DNA from: a bacterium
GTDB lineage: Bacteria > Patescibacteriota > Minisyncoccia > Phycocordibacterales > UBA9973
Length of the DNA stretch: 64,000 bases
NCBI GenBank assembly: GCA_037200905.1
Contig: JBBCGN010000005.1
Location: 29,535 to 93,534 of the forward strand
Reading direction: 5' to 3'
Every line of letters starts with the position of its first letter. Position 1 is the first letter of the stretch. Position numbers and translations under genes: made by a program. Of this stretch, positions 56,165 to 64,000 are shown one piece after another. The notes below the pieces were generated by a model, which was not told the origin of the DNA, did not search any database, and worked only from the letters and a program-made list of their open reading frames with translations.

Positions 56165-57298
56165 ATGATGAAGAAAATGACCGTATTCGTCGGCATGTCC
56201 GGCGGCGTGGATTCGTCCGTGTCCGCGGCATTGCTCAAAGAGGCCGGCTACGACGTAGTCGGCGTATTCATCAGGACTTGGCATCCTGATTTTTTGGCAT
56301 GCAACGAAGAAGAAGATCGCCGTGATGCCATGCGCGTAGCGGCGCATCTGGATATTCCATTTCTTACCTTTGATTTTGAAGATGTATATAAGAGGGAAGT
56401 GGCTGACTACATGATCTCTGAATATAAGAAAGGCCGTACGCCGAATCCTGACGTGATGTGCAACAAGGAGGTGAAGTTCGGCGCCTTCCTCAAGAAAGCC
56501 CTATCGATGGGCGCTGATTTCGTGGCGACGGGGCATTATGCGGTGAGAAAAAATTCTTCAGTGTTTTTTTCAGGTCCTCGGTTCTCCTCGCCCCAAATCC
56601 GAGGGGCTCGGCCAGACCGTTCAAAAAACACTGAAGAATTTTTTCTCGGCAAGGGTGCTGACCCCGCCAAAGACCAGAGCTATTTCCTTTGGACGCTGAC
56701 GCAGGCCCAACTTTCAAAGATACTTTTTCCTGGGGGTCATCTGCAGAAAAGCGAAGTCAGGAAACTGGCGGCGAAGTTTAAATTGCCAGTAGCGGAGAAA
56801 AAAGACAGCCAGGGCATCTGCTTCCTGGGCGAAGTGGATCTGAAAGAATTCCTGAAGCACTACATCAAGGAAAAGAAAGGCGATGTCGTCAATGAGAGCG
56901 GAGAAGTCATCGGCCACCACGACGGCGCGGTGTTCCATACCTTGGGCGAGCGGCATGGTTTTACCATTACCGAAAAGACTCCGCATGACAGTGCCTATTA
57001 TATCGTCGGCAAGGACATGAAGAAAAATACTTTGACGGTATCGCAGAATAGGAATACTGAAACCGCCGCGCAGCGTTCTATATACAAGATTTCAGATACG
57101 AATTTCTCGACAGTGCCTACTGATAAAAAATATACCGCACAAATCCGCTATCATGGAGAATTCTTACTGTGCGCTATCAAGACAAGCACCAAAGGCAAAG
57201 CCGAAGTCTCATTTGATCATCCCGTACTCGTGGCGGCAGGGCAGTCTATCGTGCTCTATGACGGCGAAATTTGTCTCGGCGGCGGCATAGTGGCATAA
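56165..57298 (+). CDS. mnmA: tRNA 2-thiouridine(34) synthase MnmA (carries an in-frame palindromic insertion)
   Basis: VFVGMSGGVDSSVSAALL is the PP-loop. NPDVMCNKEVKF, ATGHY, KDQSYFLW and DSQGICFLGE are also present. 377 aa. Confidence 0.93.
   Translation: MMKKMTVFVGMSGGVDSSVSAALLKEAGYDVVGVFIRTWHPDFLACNEEEDRRDAMRVAAHLDIPFLTFDFEDVYKREVADYMISEYKKGRTPNPDVMCNKEVKFGAFLKKALSMGADFVATGHYAVRKNSSVFFSGPRFSSPQIRGARPDRSKNTEEFFLGKGADPAKDQSYFLWTLTQAQLSKILFPGGHLQKSEVRKLAAKFKLPVAEKKDSQGICFLGEVDLKEFLKHYIKEKKGDVVNESGEVIGHHDGAVFHTLGERHGFTITEKTPHDSAYYIVGKDMKKNTLTVSQNRNTETAAQRSIYKISDTNFSTVPTDKKYTAQIRYHGEFLLCAIKTSTKGKAEVSFDHPVLVAAGQSIVLYDGEICLGGGIVA
56545..56647 (+). repeat. 103-nt palindromic element inside mnmA (25-bp perfect inverted repeats + 53-nt core)
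   Basis: GAGAAAAAATTCTTCAGTGTTTTTT (56545-56569) is the exact reverse complement of 56623-56647. The core contains the hairpin CCTCGG...CCGAGG and the 25-mer shared with 42016-42040. Confidence 0.85.
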
Positions 57299-57391
57299 AT
57301 AGTTGCTATATGGAGCACCATATAGCAACGGCACTCGGACATTATACAAATTGATTTGTATATGCTCCTCGTTTGTTGCTATACTAATGAC

Positions 57392-57871
57392 ATGGAAAAT
57401 TTATTCTCTGGCCCGACGTTTGATATCGCTCTGCGCCTTTTCATCGCCGTGATACTCGGCATGGTTATCGGCACCGAGCGCGTCTGGGCCCACAAGACTG
57501 CGGGCCTGCGCACCTACGCCCTCGTCTCCATGGGTTCGGCGCTCTTCGTCATCATCTCGAGCCAGATGGTCGCCGCCTATGCGGGCTTTCCCGGCCTGAA
57601 CCCGCTCATGATCGTAGCCCAGATCGTGGTTGGCATCGGCTTCCTCGGCACCGGCCTCATCTTCAACAAGGACTCGCATGTCATGGGCCTCACTACGGCC
57701 ACGGGCCTGTGGGTGGCGGCTGGCATCGGCATGGCCGCGGGCTTCGGCCTCTACGGCATCGCGCTCATCGCCACGGTACTCACTATCTTCGTCTTCACCA
57801 TTCTCTGGTTCGTAGAGGAGAGGATCAAGCGCACCAAACTCTTCGCCGATTCCGAAGAAGATGCGCATTAG
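57392..57871 (+). CDS. MgtC/SapB family membrane protein
   Basis: An in-frame ATG at 57392. ALRLFIAVILGMVIGTERVWAHKTAGLRTYALVSMGSALF is the MgtC signature region. Confidence 0.8.
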   Translation: MENLFSGPTFDIALRLFIAVILGMVIGTERVWAHKTAGLRTYALVSMGSALFVIISSQMVAAYAGFPGLNPLMIVAQIVVGIGFLGTGLIFNKDSHVMGLTTATGLWVAAGIGMAAGFGLYGIALIATVLTIFVFTILWFVEERIKRTKLFADSEEDAH

Positions 57872-57987
57872 GGCGCCGCTATTGCTAAAACAGAATATTT
57901 GTGTTATGATAAAACAGAATACGGTTTTTTGGTTTTCCATTTCCAAACCAAGCTGACCCATCAGTGAATGGTCAAAGTGTTCCTTGT

Positions 57988-58275
57988 ATGAATATACGTT
58001 CAGTTCCTCTGGGAGAAATTGAGAAGAAAGTCCAGCTCTCTGTCCTGAAAACAGGTGATGTATTCCGTTTCGGCGGCTTCACCTATGAAGAAGCGATGAC
58101 GAACAACAATGATGCTTCTTTCTACATGGTCGTAGAGATAACTCCGAAGAAAACGGGTCGTGTCAACATCGTTTCGATGGATGGCAAACATCTTCTCGAA
58201 AGGGACGAAAGCCATCTTGTCATCAGGCACGATGTAGAGCTGTATATAAAGCCTGCAGAGACAGAAAAAGGCTAA
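57988..58275 (+). CDS. small hypothetical protein (AT-rich)
   Basis: Part of ORF 57964..58275, with an internal ATG at 57988 (MNIRSVPLGEIEKK...). No family was recognised. Confidence 0.4.
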   Translation: MNIRSVPLGEIEKKVQLSVLKTGDVFRFGGFTYEEAMTNNNDASFYMVVEITPKKTGRVNIVSMDGKHLLERDESHLVIRHDVELYIKPAETEKG

Positions 58276-58290
58276 GCAAAAATTTATTTT

Positions 58291-58320
58291 AAAAACCGTA
58301 GCAATACGGTTTTTATTTTT
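58291..58320 (+). terminator. rho-independent terminator
   Basis: AAAAACCGTA-GCAA-TACGGTTTTTATTTTT. Confidence 0.6.
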
Positions 58321-58367
58321 TCCTAAAACTTTTATCTTTGGGGCTTTTGGTATACTATAGGCATCAT

Positions 58368-60125
58368 ATGACATCGGAAGACATACGCAGCCGGTTCCTG
58401 AAATTCTTCGAGAGCCGCGGCCATAAGCTAGTGCCGTCAGCCTCCCTCGTGCCGGAGAACGATCCTTCGGTGCTCTTCACTACGGCCGGCATGCAGCAGT
58501 TCAAGCCGTACTATACCGGTGCAAAGAATCCGGAAGCAGATTTCAATTCGAAGAATGTCACGACCGTGCAGAAATGCGTGCGTACCGGCGATATTGATGA
58601 AGTCGGCGACGATACGCATCTGACGTTTTTCGAGATGCTCGGCAATTTCTCGTTCGGCGGATACTGGAAGAAAGAAGCCATCGCGTACGCCCACGAATTT
58701 ATCACCAAAGAACTCGGCCTGGCTATCGATTACGTTTCCATATTCAAGGACGACGAGAGCGGCATTCCTGCTGACGAAGAGTCTCGCGAGATTTGGAAAT
58801 CAATCGATTCAAATCTGACGGTTACAGAGCACAAGAAAGAAGATAATTTCTGGGGCCCGACAGGGGACGAGGGTCCCTGTGGTCCGACGACGGAAATATA
58901 TATCAATGGTGTGGAGATCTGGAATATCGTTTTCAATGAGTACTACAAGACCAAAGAAGGGCAGTACACGCCGCTCGAAACAAAGGGCATTGATACGGGC
59001 ATGGGCTTAGAGAGGCTGTTGGTGCAGGCTGGCGCGGGCGTCAATAATGTCTACGAGACGGACCTGTTCGATCCTGTGCTTGAAATTCTCAAGAAGCTTT
59101 CGCTCGGCGGCGAGTATCATGAACAGAATGCCCGGATAGTCGCCGACCATGTCAGGACGTCCATCATGCTCGTGAGCGACGGCGTTCTGCCTTCGAACAA
59201 GGATCAGGGGTACATATTGAGGCGCTTGATCAGGCGGGCCCTGGTAAGGATCAGGCCGCTCGCCGGTTCTTTCGCCCATGAAGCAGTTCATGCATCTGCG
59301 AGTCCTACCGGCCTGGAAATTGAGCCAGCAGGCTCCAGGTCTGTTTTTCATGAAATCATCGAAGGTTTTTTTGAAATCTATAAGAACACTGCATACCTGA
59401 ACGAGAACAAAAAACATATCAAGGAAGTTATTTTCGATGAAGAAATTAAATTTCGGAAAGGTCTGGAAAATGGTTTTAAGGAAATAGATAAAGGAACTAT
59501 AGATCCGTTCATTTTGTGGACTACTCATGGATTTCCTATAGAGCTGACCATGGAGATTGCGAAGCCGAAGGGCATACATATTGACCTTGAGGATTTCAAC
59601 AGGAAAATATCAGAGCATCAGAAACTCTCACAGACTGCCTCTGCCGGCATGTTCAAGGGCGGATTGGCGAATCATGAGCCTGCTACGGTTGAATTACATA
59701 CCGCGCATCATTTATTGCTCGCAGCCTTGCAGGAAATCGTCGGCCCGAGCGTAAAACAGCGAGGAAGCAATATCACCGAAGAGCGCCTGCGCATGGATTT
59801 CGTCTGTGATCATAAATTGACCGACGAAGAAAAACAAAAAGTCGAAGCCTGGGTCAATGACAAGATCGCGCAAGGCTTGAACGTCGTCCGCCGCGAGATG
59901 CCGCTTGCCGAAGCCGAGAAGATCGGCGCCGAGATGGAATTCGGCGCGAAATATCCCGAGACAGTGTCCGTGTACTTCATCGAAGACAAAGACGGCAATC
60001 ATATTTCCAAAGAATTCTGCGGCGGGCCGCATGTCTCGAACACTTCCGAACTCGGCCATTTCAAAATTTTGAAAGAAGAAGCAGTCTCTGCGGGCGTGCG
60101 CCGCATCAAAGCGGTGCTCGGGTAG
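58368..60125 (+). CDS. alaS: alanyl-tRNA synthetase, short form (catalytic + editing domains, no C-Ala/DHHA1 extension)
   Basis: MTSEDIRSRFLKFFESRGHKLVPSASLVPENDPSVLFTTAGMQQFKP, FEMLGNFSFG, the editing-domain HHLLLAAL, and ...FCGGPHV. The protein ends soon after GVRRIKAV. About 585 aa. Confidence 0.92.
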   Translation: MTSEDIRSRFLKFFESRGHKLVPSASLVPENDPSVLFTTAGMQQFKPYYTGAKNPEADFNSKNVTTVQKCVRTGDIDEVGDDTHLTFFEMLGNFSFGGYWKKEAIAYAHEFITKELGLAIDYVSIFKDDESGIPADEESREIWKSIDSNLTVTEHKKEDNFWGPTGDEGPCGPTTEIYINGVEIWNIVFNEYYKTKEGQYTPLETKGIDTGMGLERLLVQAGAGVNNVYETDLFDPVLEILKKLSLGGEYHEQNARIVADHVRTSIMLVSDGVLPSNKDQGYILRRLIRRALVRIRPLAGSFAHEAVHASASPTGLEIEPAGSRSVFHEIIEGFFEIYKNTAYLNENKKHIKEVIFDEEIKFRKGLENGFKEIDKGTIDPFILWTTHGFPIELTMEIAKPKGIHIDLEDFNRKISEHQKLSQTASAGMFKGGLANHEPATVELHTAHHLLLAALQEIVGPSVKQRGSNITEERLRMDFVCDHKLTDEEKQKVEAWVNDKIAQGLNVVRREMPLAEAEKIGAEMEFGAKYPETVSVYFIEDKDGNHISKEFCGGPHVSNTSELGHFKILKEEAVSAGVRRIKAVLG

Positions 60126-60169
60126 CTTTTCCATAGTTTTTCTCCGCTTTCTCATGGTATACTTTTACC

Positions 60170-61345
60170 ATGGGCTTTTTCTCTGCGGCAAAAAAGAAAG
60201 ACGAGATCGCGCTCGTTTTCGACGTCGGCTCTTCGTCCGTCGGCGCGGCGCTTTTTCTCATGCAGTCGTCCGGCGCGCCGAAGATACTGTTCTCCCTGCG
60301 CGAGCAGATACCCCTCCAGGAGGAGCTCGACTTCGACGCCTATCTCGCGAGTACCATGCGCGCCTTCGAGACGGTGGCGCAAAAGGTAAGCGTGGCCGGC
60401 AAGGGCGCTCCGACAAAGATCTTTTGCACGCTTGCGGGATTGTGGACCGCCTCGCAGACCAAGACCGTCAAGTACAAGAACGACATGCCATTCATATTCA
60501 ACAAGAAGCTGGCGGACAGCCTGATGGACAAGGAGATCACCGTTTTCGAGAAAGAGCATGTCGAGCGCCTCAAGCATTCCGACAACAAGGTCCGACCCAT
60601 AGAGTTCAAGAACATGAAGACTATGCTCAACGGCTACCCGACGGCGAACCCGCTCAACCAGAAGGCTAAAGATCTCGAAATGCATATCTTCATCTCGCTC
60701 GCGAACGAGCAGATCCTCGGGCATATCGAGGAGTCGGTCTTCAGGCATTTTCATTCCAAGGAAGTGAAGTTCGCTTCGTTCCTGATGTCGTCGTTCGCGG
60801 TAGCCCGCGACATGTTCGTGCACCAGGACAATTTCCTGCTCGTCGACATCGGCGGCGAGATCACCGACATCTCCATGATCAAGAAGGACGTCCTGCAGGA
60901 GTCGCGGTCGTTCCCGATCGGCCGCAATTTCATCATCCGCGGCGTGGCTCGCGAGCTCAAGTGCTCTCTCGCCGAAGCTCAGTCTTTCATCTCGCTCTAC
61001 AAGGACGGCCACGCCGCGGAATCGACGGAGAGGATACTCGAGCCCGTCCTTACCCGTCTCAAGGCCGAGTGGCTCGCGAGCTTCCAGGAGGCGTTGGCGA
61101 ACCTGTCGAACGACATTTCCATCCCCGCTACCATCTTCATCACCATAGACGGAGAGTTCGTGGAATTTTTCTCCTCGACCATCAAGAACGAGCAGTTCAA
61201 CCAGTACACCCTGACCGAATCCAAGTTCCGCGTCATCTTTCTCGGCACCGAAGCCCTGCACGGCATCGCCGAATTCGATCCGGCTGCCCTCCGCGACGCC
61301 TTCCTCATCATCGAATCTATTTACATTGCCCGCTTTCTCCGTTAA
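60170..61345 (+). CDS. actin-like ATPase of the FtsA/PilM family
   Basis: ALVFDVGSSSVGAAL (phosphate 1) and LLVDIGGEITDISMI (phosphate 2) are ASKHA-fold motifs. 391 aa. Confidence 0.65.
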   Translation: MGFFSAAKKKDEIALVFDVGSSSVGAALFLMQSSGAPKILFSLREQIPLQEELDFDAYLASTMRAFETVAQKVSVAGKGAPTKIFCTLAGLWTASQTKTVKYKNDMPFIFNKKLADSLMDKEITVFEKEHVERLKHSDNKVRPIEFKNMKTMLNGYPTANPLNQKAKDLEMHIFISLANEQILGHIEESVFRHFHSKEVKFASFLMSSFAVARDMFVHQDNFLLVDIGGEITDISMIKKDVLQESRSFPIGRNFIIRGVARELKCSLAEAQSFISLYKDGHAAESTERILEPVLTRLKAEWLASFQEALANLSNDISIPATIFITIDGEFVEFFSSTIKNEQFNQYTLTESKFRVIFLGTEALHGIAEFDPAALRDAFLIIESIYIARFLR

Positions 61346-61354
61346 AATATATCC

Positions 61355-62662
61355 ATGCCAAAGAACACTCTCGACGATATGGTGAGAATAAAGAGTACGA
61401 GGAGGGAAACCGCTTCGGAAAAGAATCTCGATGCCGAAGTCGACGATAAGTTCAATTCCTACTACAACAATCTCTCCCGCAGGGAGCAGCGCGCCGAGCG
61501 CGGCATGCGCACGAGGGAGCCGGGCGGCAAGTCGAGGAACTCGCTCTGGTTCGTCGCTCTCGTGTCGGCGCTCTTCCTCTTCTTCGCCGTCTCATTCCTC
61601 TTCACGAGCGCTACCGTCACCATCCATCCGAAGCAGAAAGACGTGCCGCTCAACGAGACCGTCACCGCCATCAAGGATTCCAATACCGATACCCTGCCGT
61701 TCGACCTCACCGTCATATCCGGGGAGGAGACGGCCGTCTTGCCGGCCGGCAGCACTACCGCGACGCCGATATCGGAAAGCGCCACGGGCACCGTGGTCAT
61801 CTACAATGCCTACAGCGCGGCCGCCCAGCGCCTCGACATAAACACCCGCCTCGAAGGCTCGAACGGCAAGCTCTACAAGACCGTGAAGCAGGTGACCGTC
61901 CCCGGCATGAAGGGCAGCACTCCGGGCTCGGTGACTGTGGACATCTATGCGGCGGAGCCGGGCGAGGGCTACAACAGCGGCCCGCTCGATTTCAAGATTT
62001 TCGGCTTCAAGGGTTCGCCGAAATATGCCAAGTTCTACGCCCGGTCGAGCGGCGACATCGCCGGCGGCCTGGTCGGCACCCAGACGGCGGTGACGGGCGA
62101 CGCGTCGGGCGGCCAGACTTTGGCCAGCCTCAAGGCGAAGCTAGAGGACGAGCTCTTCGCCAAGATCAGCGGCCAGATACCGGCCGGCTTCGTGCTCTTC
62201 AAGGATGCCGTCGTTCTTACCCTGAACGACGTGGTGACGGACACGACCTCCTCGAACAGCCAGGCTTCCGTCACTATCAAGGGCACGCTCTACGGATTCC
62301 TCTTCAACGAGGCCAAGCTTACGAAGAAGGTCCTCGAAGGGGCGGTCCCGGATTTCGACGCGAATCCCGTCCGCATCTCCAACCTCAAGGACCTGGACTT
62401 CTCCATTCCCGGAAAAGATGCGCTCGACTTCAGTAACGTCAGCACCATCGTCTTCAATCTCTCCGGCACGCCGCACTTGGTCTGGGACGTCGATACCGCA
62501 AAGCTCGCCGCCGACGTGGCAGGGAAGAAGAAAAAGGATTTCAATAGCGTTCTCGGCCAGTATCCGAACATCGACACCGCGAGCGTCGTTATCCGGCCCG
62601 TGTGGAAATTCTCTTTCCCGACCGACGCGGCGGACATAAAGATAGTCAATACGGCAGAATAG
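61355..62662 (+). CDS. hypothetical single-pass membrane protein with large extracytoplasmic domain
   Basis: Intact ORF of 435 aa with the TM LWFVALVSALFLFFAVSFLF. It lies 10 nt after the FtsA/PilM-like gene. No family was recognised. Confidence 0.6.
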   Translation: MPKNTLDDMVRIKSTRRETASEKNLDAEVDDKFNSYYNNLSRREQRAERGMRTREPGGKSRNSLWFVALVSALFLFFAVSFLFTSATVTIHPKQKDVPLNETVTAIKDSNTDTLPFDLTVISGEETAVLPAGSTTATPISESATGTVVIYNAYSAAAQRLDINTRLEGSNGKLYKTVKQVTVPGMKGSTPGSVTVDIYAAEPGEGYNSGPLDFKIFGFKGSPKYAKFYARSSGDIAGGLVGTQTAVTGDASGGQTLASLKAKLEDELFAKISGQIPAGFVLFKDAVVLTLNDVVTDTTSSNSQASVTIKGTLYGFLFNEAKLTKKVLEGAVPDFDANPVRISNLKDLDFSIPGKDALDFSNVSTIVFNLSGTPHLVWDVDTAKLAADVAGKKKKDFNSVLGQYPNIDTASVVIRPVWKFSFPTDAADIKIVNTAE

Positions 62663-62673
62663 AGCCGGAGCAT

Positions 62674-62702
62674 TTGACGCCGCGCTTTCTCTTTGTTAGA
62701 AT
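62674..62702 (+). promoter_or_regulatory. sigma70-type promoter for infA (very short leader)
   Basis: TTGACG (62674-62679), a 17-nt spacer, then TAGAAT (62697-62702). The ATG at 62714 is 11 nt after the -10 box. Confidence 0.5.
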
Positions 62703-62713
62703 GACAACCATAC

Positions 62714-62947
62714 ATGAGCGACAATAAAGACGAAAAACTTCTGGTGGCAAAAGGCATTGTCACCGAGGCGCTGCCTTCTACGCTGTTCCGGGTGAAAATC
62801 GAAGATTCGGGCGACGAAGACAAGGAAATCCTCGCATATCTGTCGGGCAAGATGCGCATGCATCGCATCAAGGTGCTCATCGGGGATTCGGTGGAAATGG
62901 TCCTCGATTCCTACGGCGGAAAGGCCAGGATCGTGAAGCGCCTCTGA
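62714..62947 (+). CDS. infA: translation initiation factor IF-1
   Basis: GIVTEALPSTLFRVKIED...ILAYLSGKMRMHRIKVLIGDSVEMVLDSYGGKARIVKRL is a typical IF-1 S1-fold sequence. Confidence 0.93.
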   Translation: MSDNKDEKLLVAKGIVTEALPSTLFRVKIEDSGDEDKEILAYLSGKMRMHRIKVLIGDSVEMVLDSYGGKARIVKRL

Positions 62948-63067
62948 GGGGGTTGTAATTTTTAAGGCAATGGTGTATCATAGTACTCACGGTTAGTAAA
63001 ACGCCATACAGTCTTGAAAAATAAGGGTTTTATCCTTGTTTTTCTTTTGCACTTATATCGAACTTTT

Positions 63068-63178
63068 ATGAAAATCAAAGCATCAGTCAAGAAAATATGC
63101 GATAACTGCAAGCTCGTACGCCGAGCGAGGCATTTGCGCGTGATTTGTATTAATCCGAAACACAAGCAGAAACAATAA
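63068..63178 (+). CDS. rpmJ: 50S ribosomal protein L36
   Basis: Below the ORF-track cut-off. Translation is [36 protein letters not shown], the canonical L36. Confidence 0.93.
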   Translation: MKIKASVKKICDNCKLVRRARHLRVICINPKHKQKQ

Positions 63179-63180
63179 TC

Positions 63181-63561
63181 ATGAGAATCCTCGGAATCAC
63201 AGTACCAGACGAAAAGCGATTGGAATACGGACTGACTGTCCTGTACGGCATCGGCATTTCCGCCGCCCGCAAGATACTTGACCAGGTCGGCATCGACCGC
63301 GGCACCAAATCGAAGGATCTCACTCCCGAACAGGAGAACAAGATCCGCGCCATCGTCGAAGGCATCACCATCGAAGGTAACCTGAAGCGCGAAATTTCCG
63401 CGAACATCAAGCGCCTGAAAGACATCAAGAGCTACCGCGGCGTCCGCCACATGAAGCGCCTGCCGGTACGGGGACAGCGAACGAAGACAAATTCCCGCAC
63501 TATCCGCGGCAATGTCCGAAAGACCATGGCATCCGGCAAGAGAAAGGAGACTAAGACATAA
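63181..63561 (+). CDS. rpsM: 30S ribosomal protein S13
   Basis: MRILGITVPDEKRLEYGLTVLYGIGISAARKIL...SYRGVRHMKRLPVRGQRTKTNSRT is canonical S13. Confidence 0.96.
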   Translation: MRILGITVPDEKRLEYGLTVLYGIGISAARKILDQVGIDRGTKSKDLTPEQENKIRAIVEGITIEGNLKREISANIKRLKDIKSYRGVRHMKRLPVRGQRTKTNSRTIRGNVRKTMASGKRKETKT

Positions 63562-63609
63562 TCAAGCGTCGCGCCGAAAGGACTTACGCGACGTGATTTG
63601 CAAAATCAT

Positions 63610-64000
63610 ATGACAAAGACAAACGACACAACAGAAGAGAAAGAGAAGGAAGTTTCCATCGAAACTCCGGCCGAAGGAGCAGAAGTAAAAGCTGCGCCTG
63701 GAGCAAAGGGGGGCAAGAAGAAAGTAGTTTCCGGCATCGTCTTCGTAGATGCGACATTCAACAACACCAAAGTGCTTTTCGCAGACAAGGGCGGCAACAC
63801 GCTTTTCTGGTCTACCGCAGGATCTCTCGGATTCAAGGGCGCCAAGAAGGGTACGCCGTTCGCAGCCTCGAAAGTCGGCGACCTGATCGGCTCGAAGGCC
63901 ATGCAGCTCGGCGTGAAGGATTCCGACGTCGTAGTGCGCGGCGTAGGCAGCGGCCGCGAGCCGGCGATCAGAGCATTCATGGCCAACGGCATCGAGATCA
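63610..64000 (+). CDS. rpsK: 30S ribosomal protein S11 (3' end outside window)
   Basis: ATG at 63610. ...GIVFVDATFNNTKVLFADKGGNTLFWSTAGSLGFKGAKKGTPFAA...VRGVGSGREPAIRAF... is canonical S11. The frame is open to the window edge. Confidence 0.92.
   Translation, partial: MTKTNDTTEEKEKEVSIETPAEGAEVKAAPGAKGGKKKVVSGIVFVDATFNNTKVLFADKGGNTLFWSTAGSLGFKGAKKGTPFAASKVGDLIGSKAMQLGVKDSDVVVRGVGSGREPAIRAFMANGIEI

Overview
This 64 kb chromosomal segment reads like a small-genome Candidate Phyla Radiation (Patescibacteria/Parcubacteria-like) bacterium using the standard genetic code; the lineage call is inference from gene content. I call about 75 protein genes and 6 tRNAs. No rRNA, CRISPR array, transposase or integrase was recognised. 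Housekeeping genes present: gltX tail, rpmA, rplI, gyrA, rbfA, infB, clpB, typA, mltG, mnmA, alaS, infA, rpmJ, rpsM, rpsK. tRNAs: Leu-TAG, Lys-CTT, Leu-TAA, Cys-GCA, Leu-CAG, Tyr-GTA. Envelope genes include an M23 peptidase, an S41 protease, a PBP2-class transpeptidase and mscL. Two divergently transcribed exopolysaccharide modules are present: a HAS/NodC-like synthase with a nucleotide-sugar dehydrogenase and a deacetylase fusion, and a PgaC-like synthase with a large surface protein. An orphan solute-binding protein is followed by five tandem VirB2/TrbC-like small 'pilin' paralogues. Several visibly AT-rich islets carry orphan genes, one of them bracketed by tRNAs. Main observations: (1) a nucleotide-level palindromic element sits in frame inside mnmA and a cysteine desulfurase, with a possibly related one in alaS, recalling Rickettsia palindromic elements. 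(2) About 4.5-25.9 kb is saturated with roughly 40 frameshifts in otherwise conserved genes while the flanks are clean; this is most likely a sequence-quality problem but needs read-level checking. (3) A perfect 22-bp tandem duplication breaks a small gene upstream of gyrA. (4) Five related hairpins lie between 10.5 and 11.0 kb, with a candidate sRNA among them. (5) Several TATACT/TATAAT -10 boxes lie only 6-11 nt upstream of start codons, implying leaderless or near-leaderless mRNAs. All family assignments come from motifs read by eye; no database search was possible.
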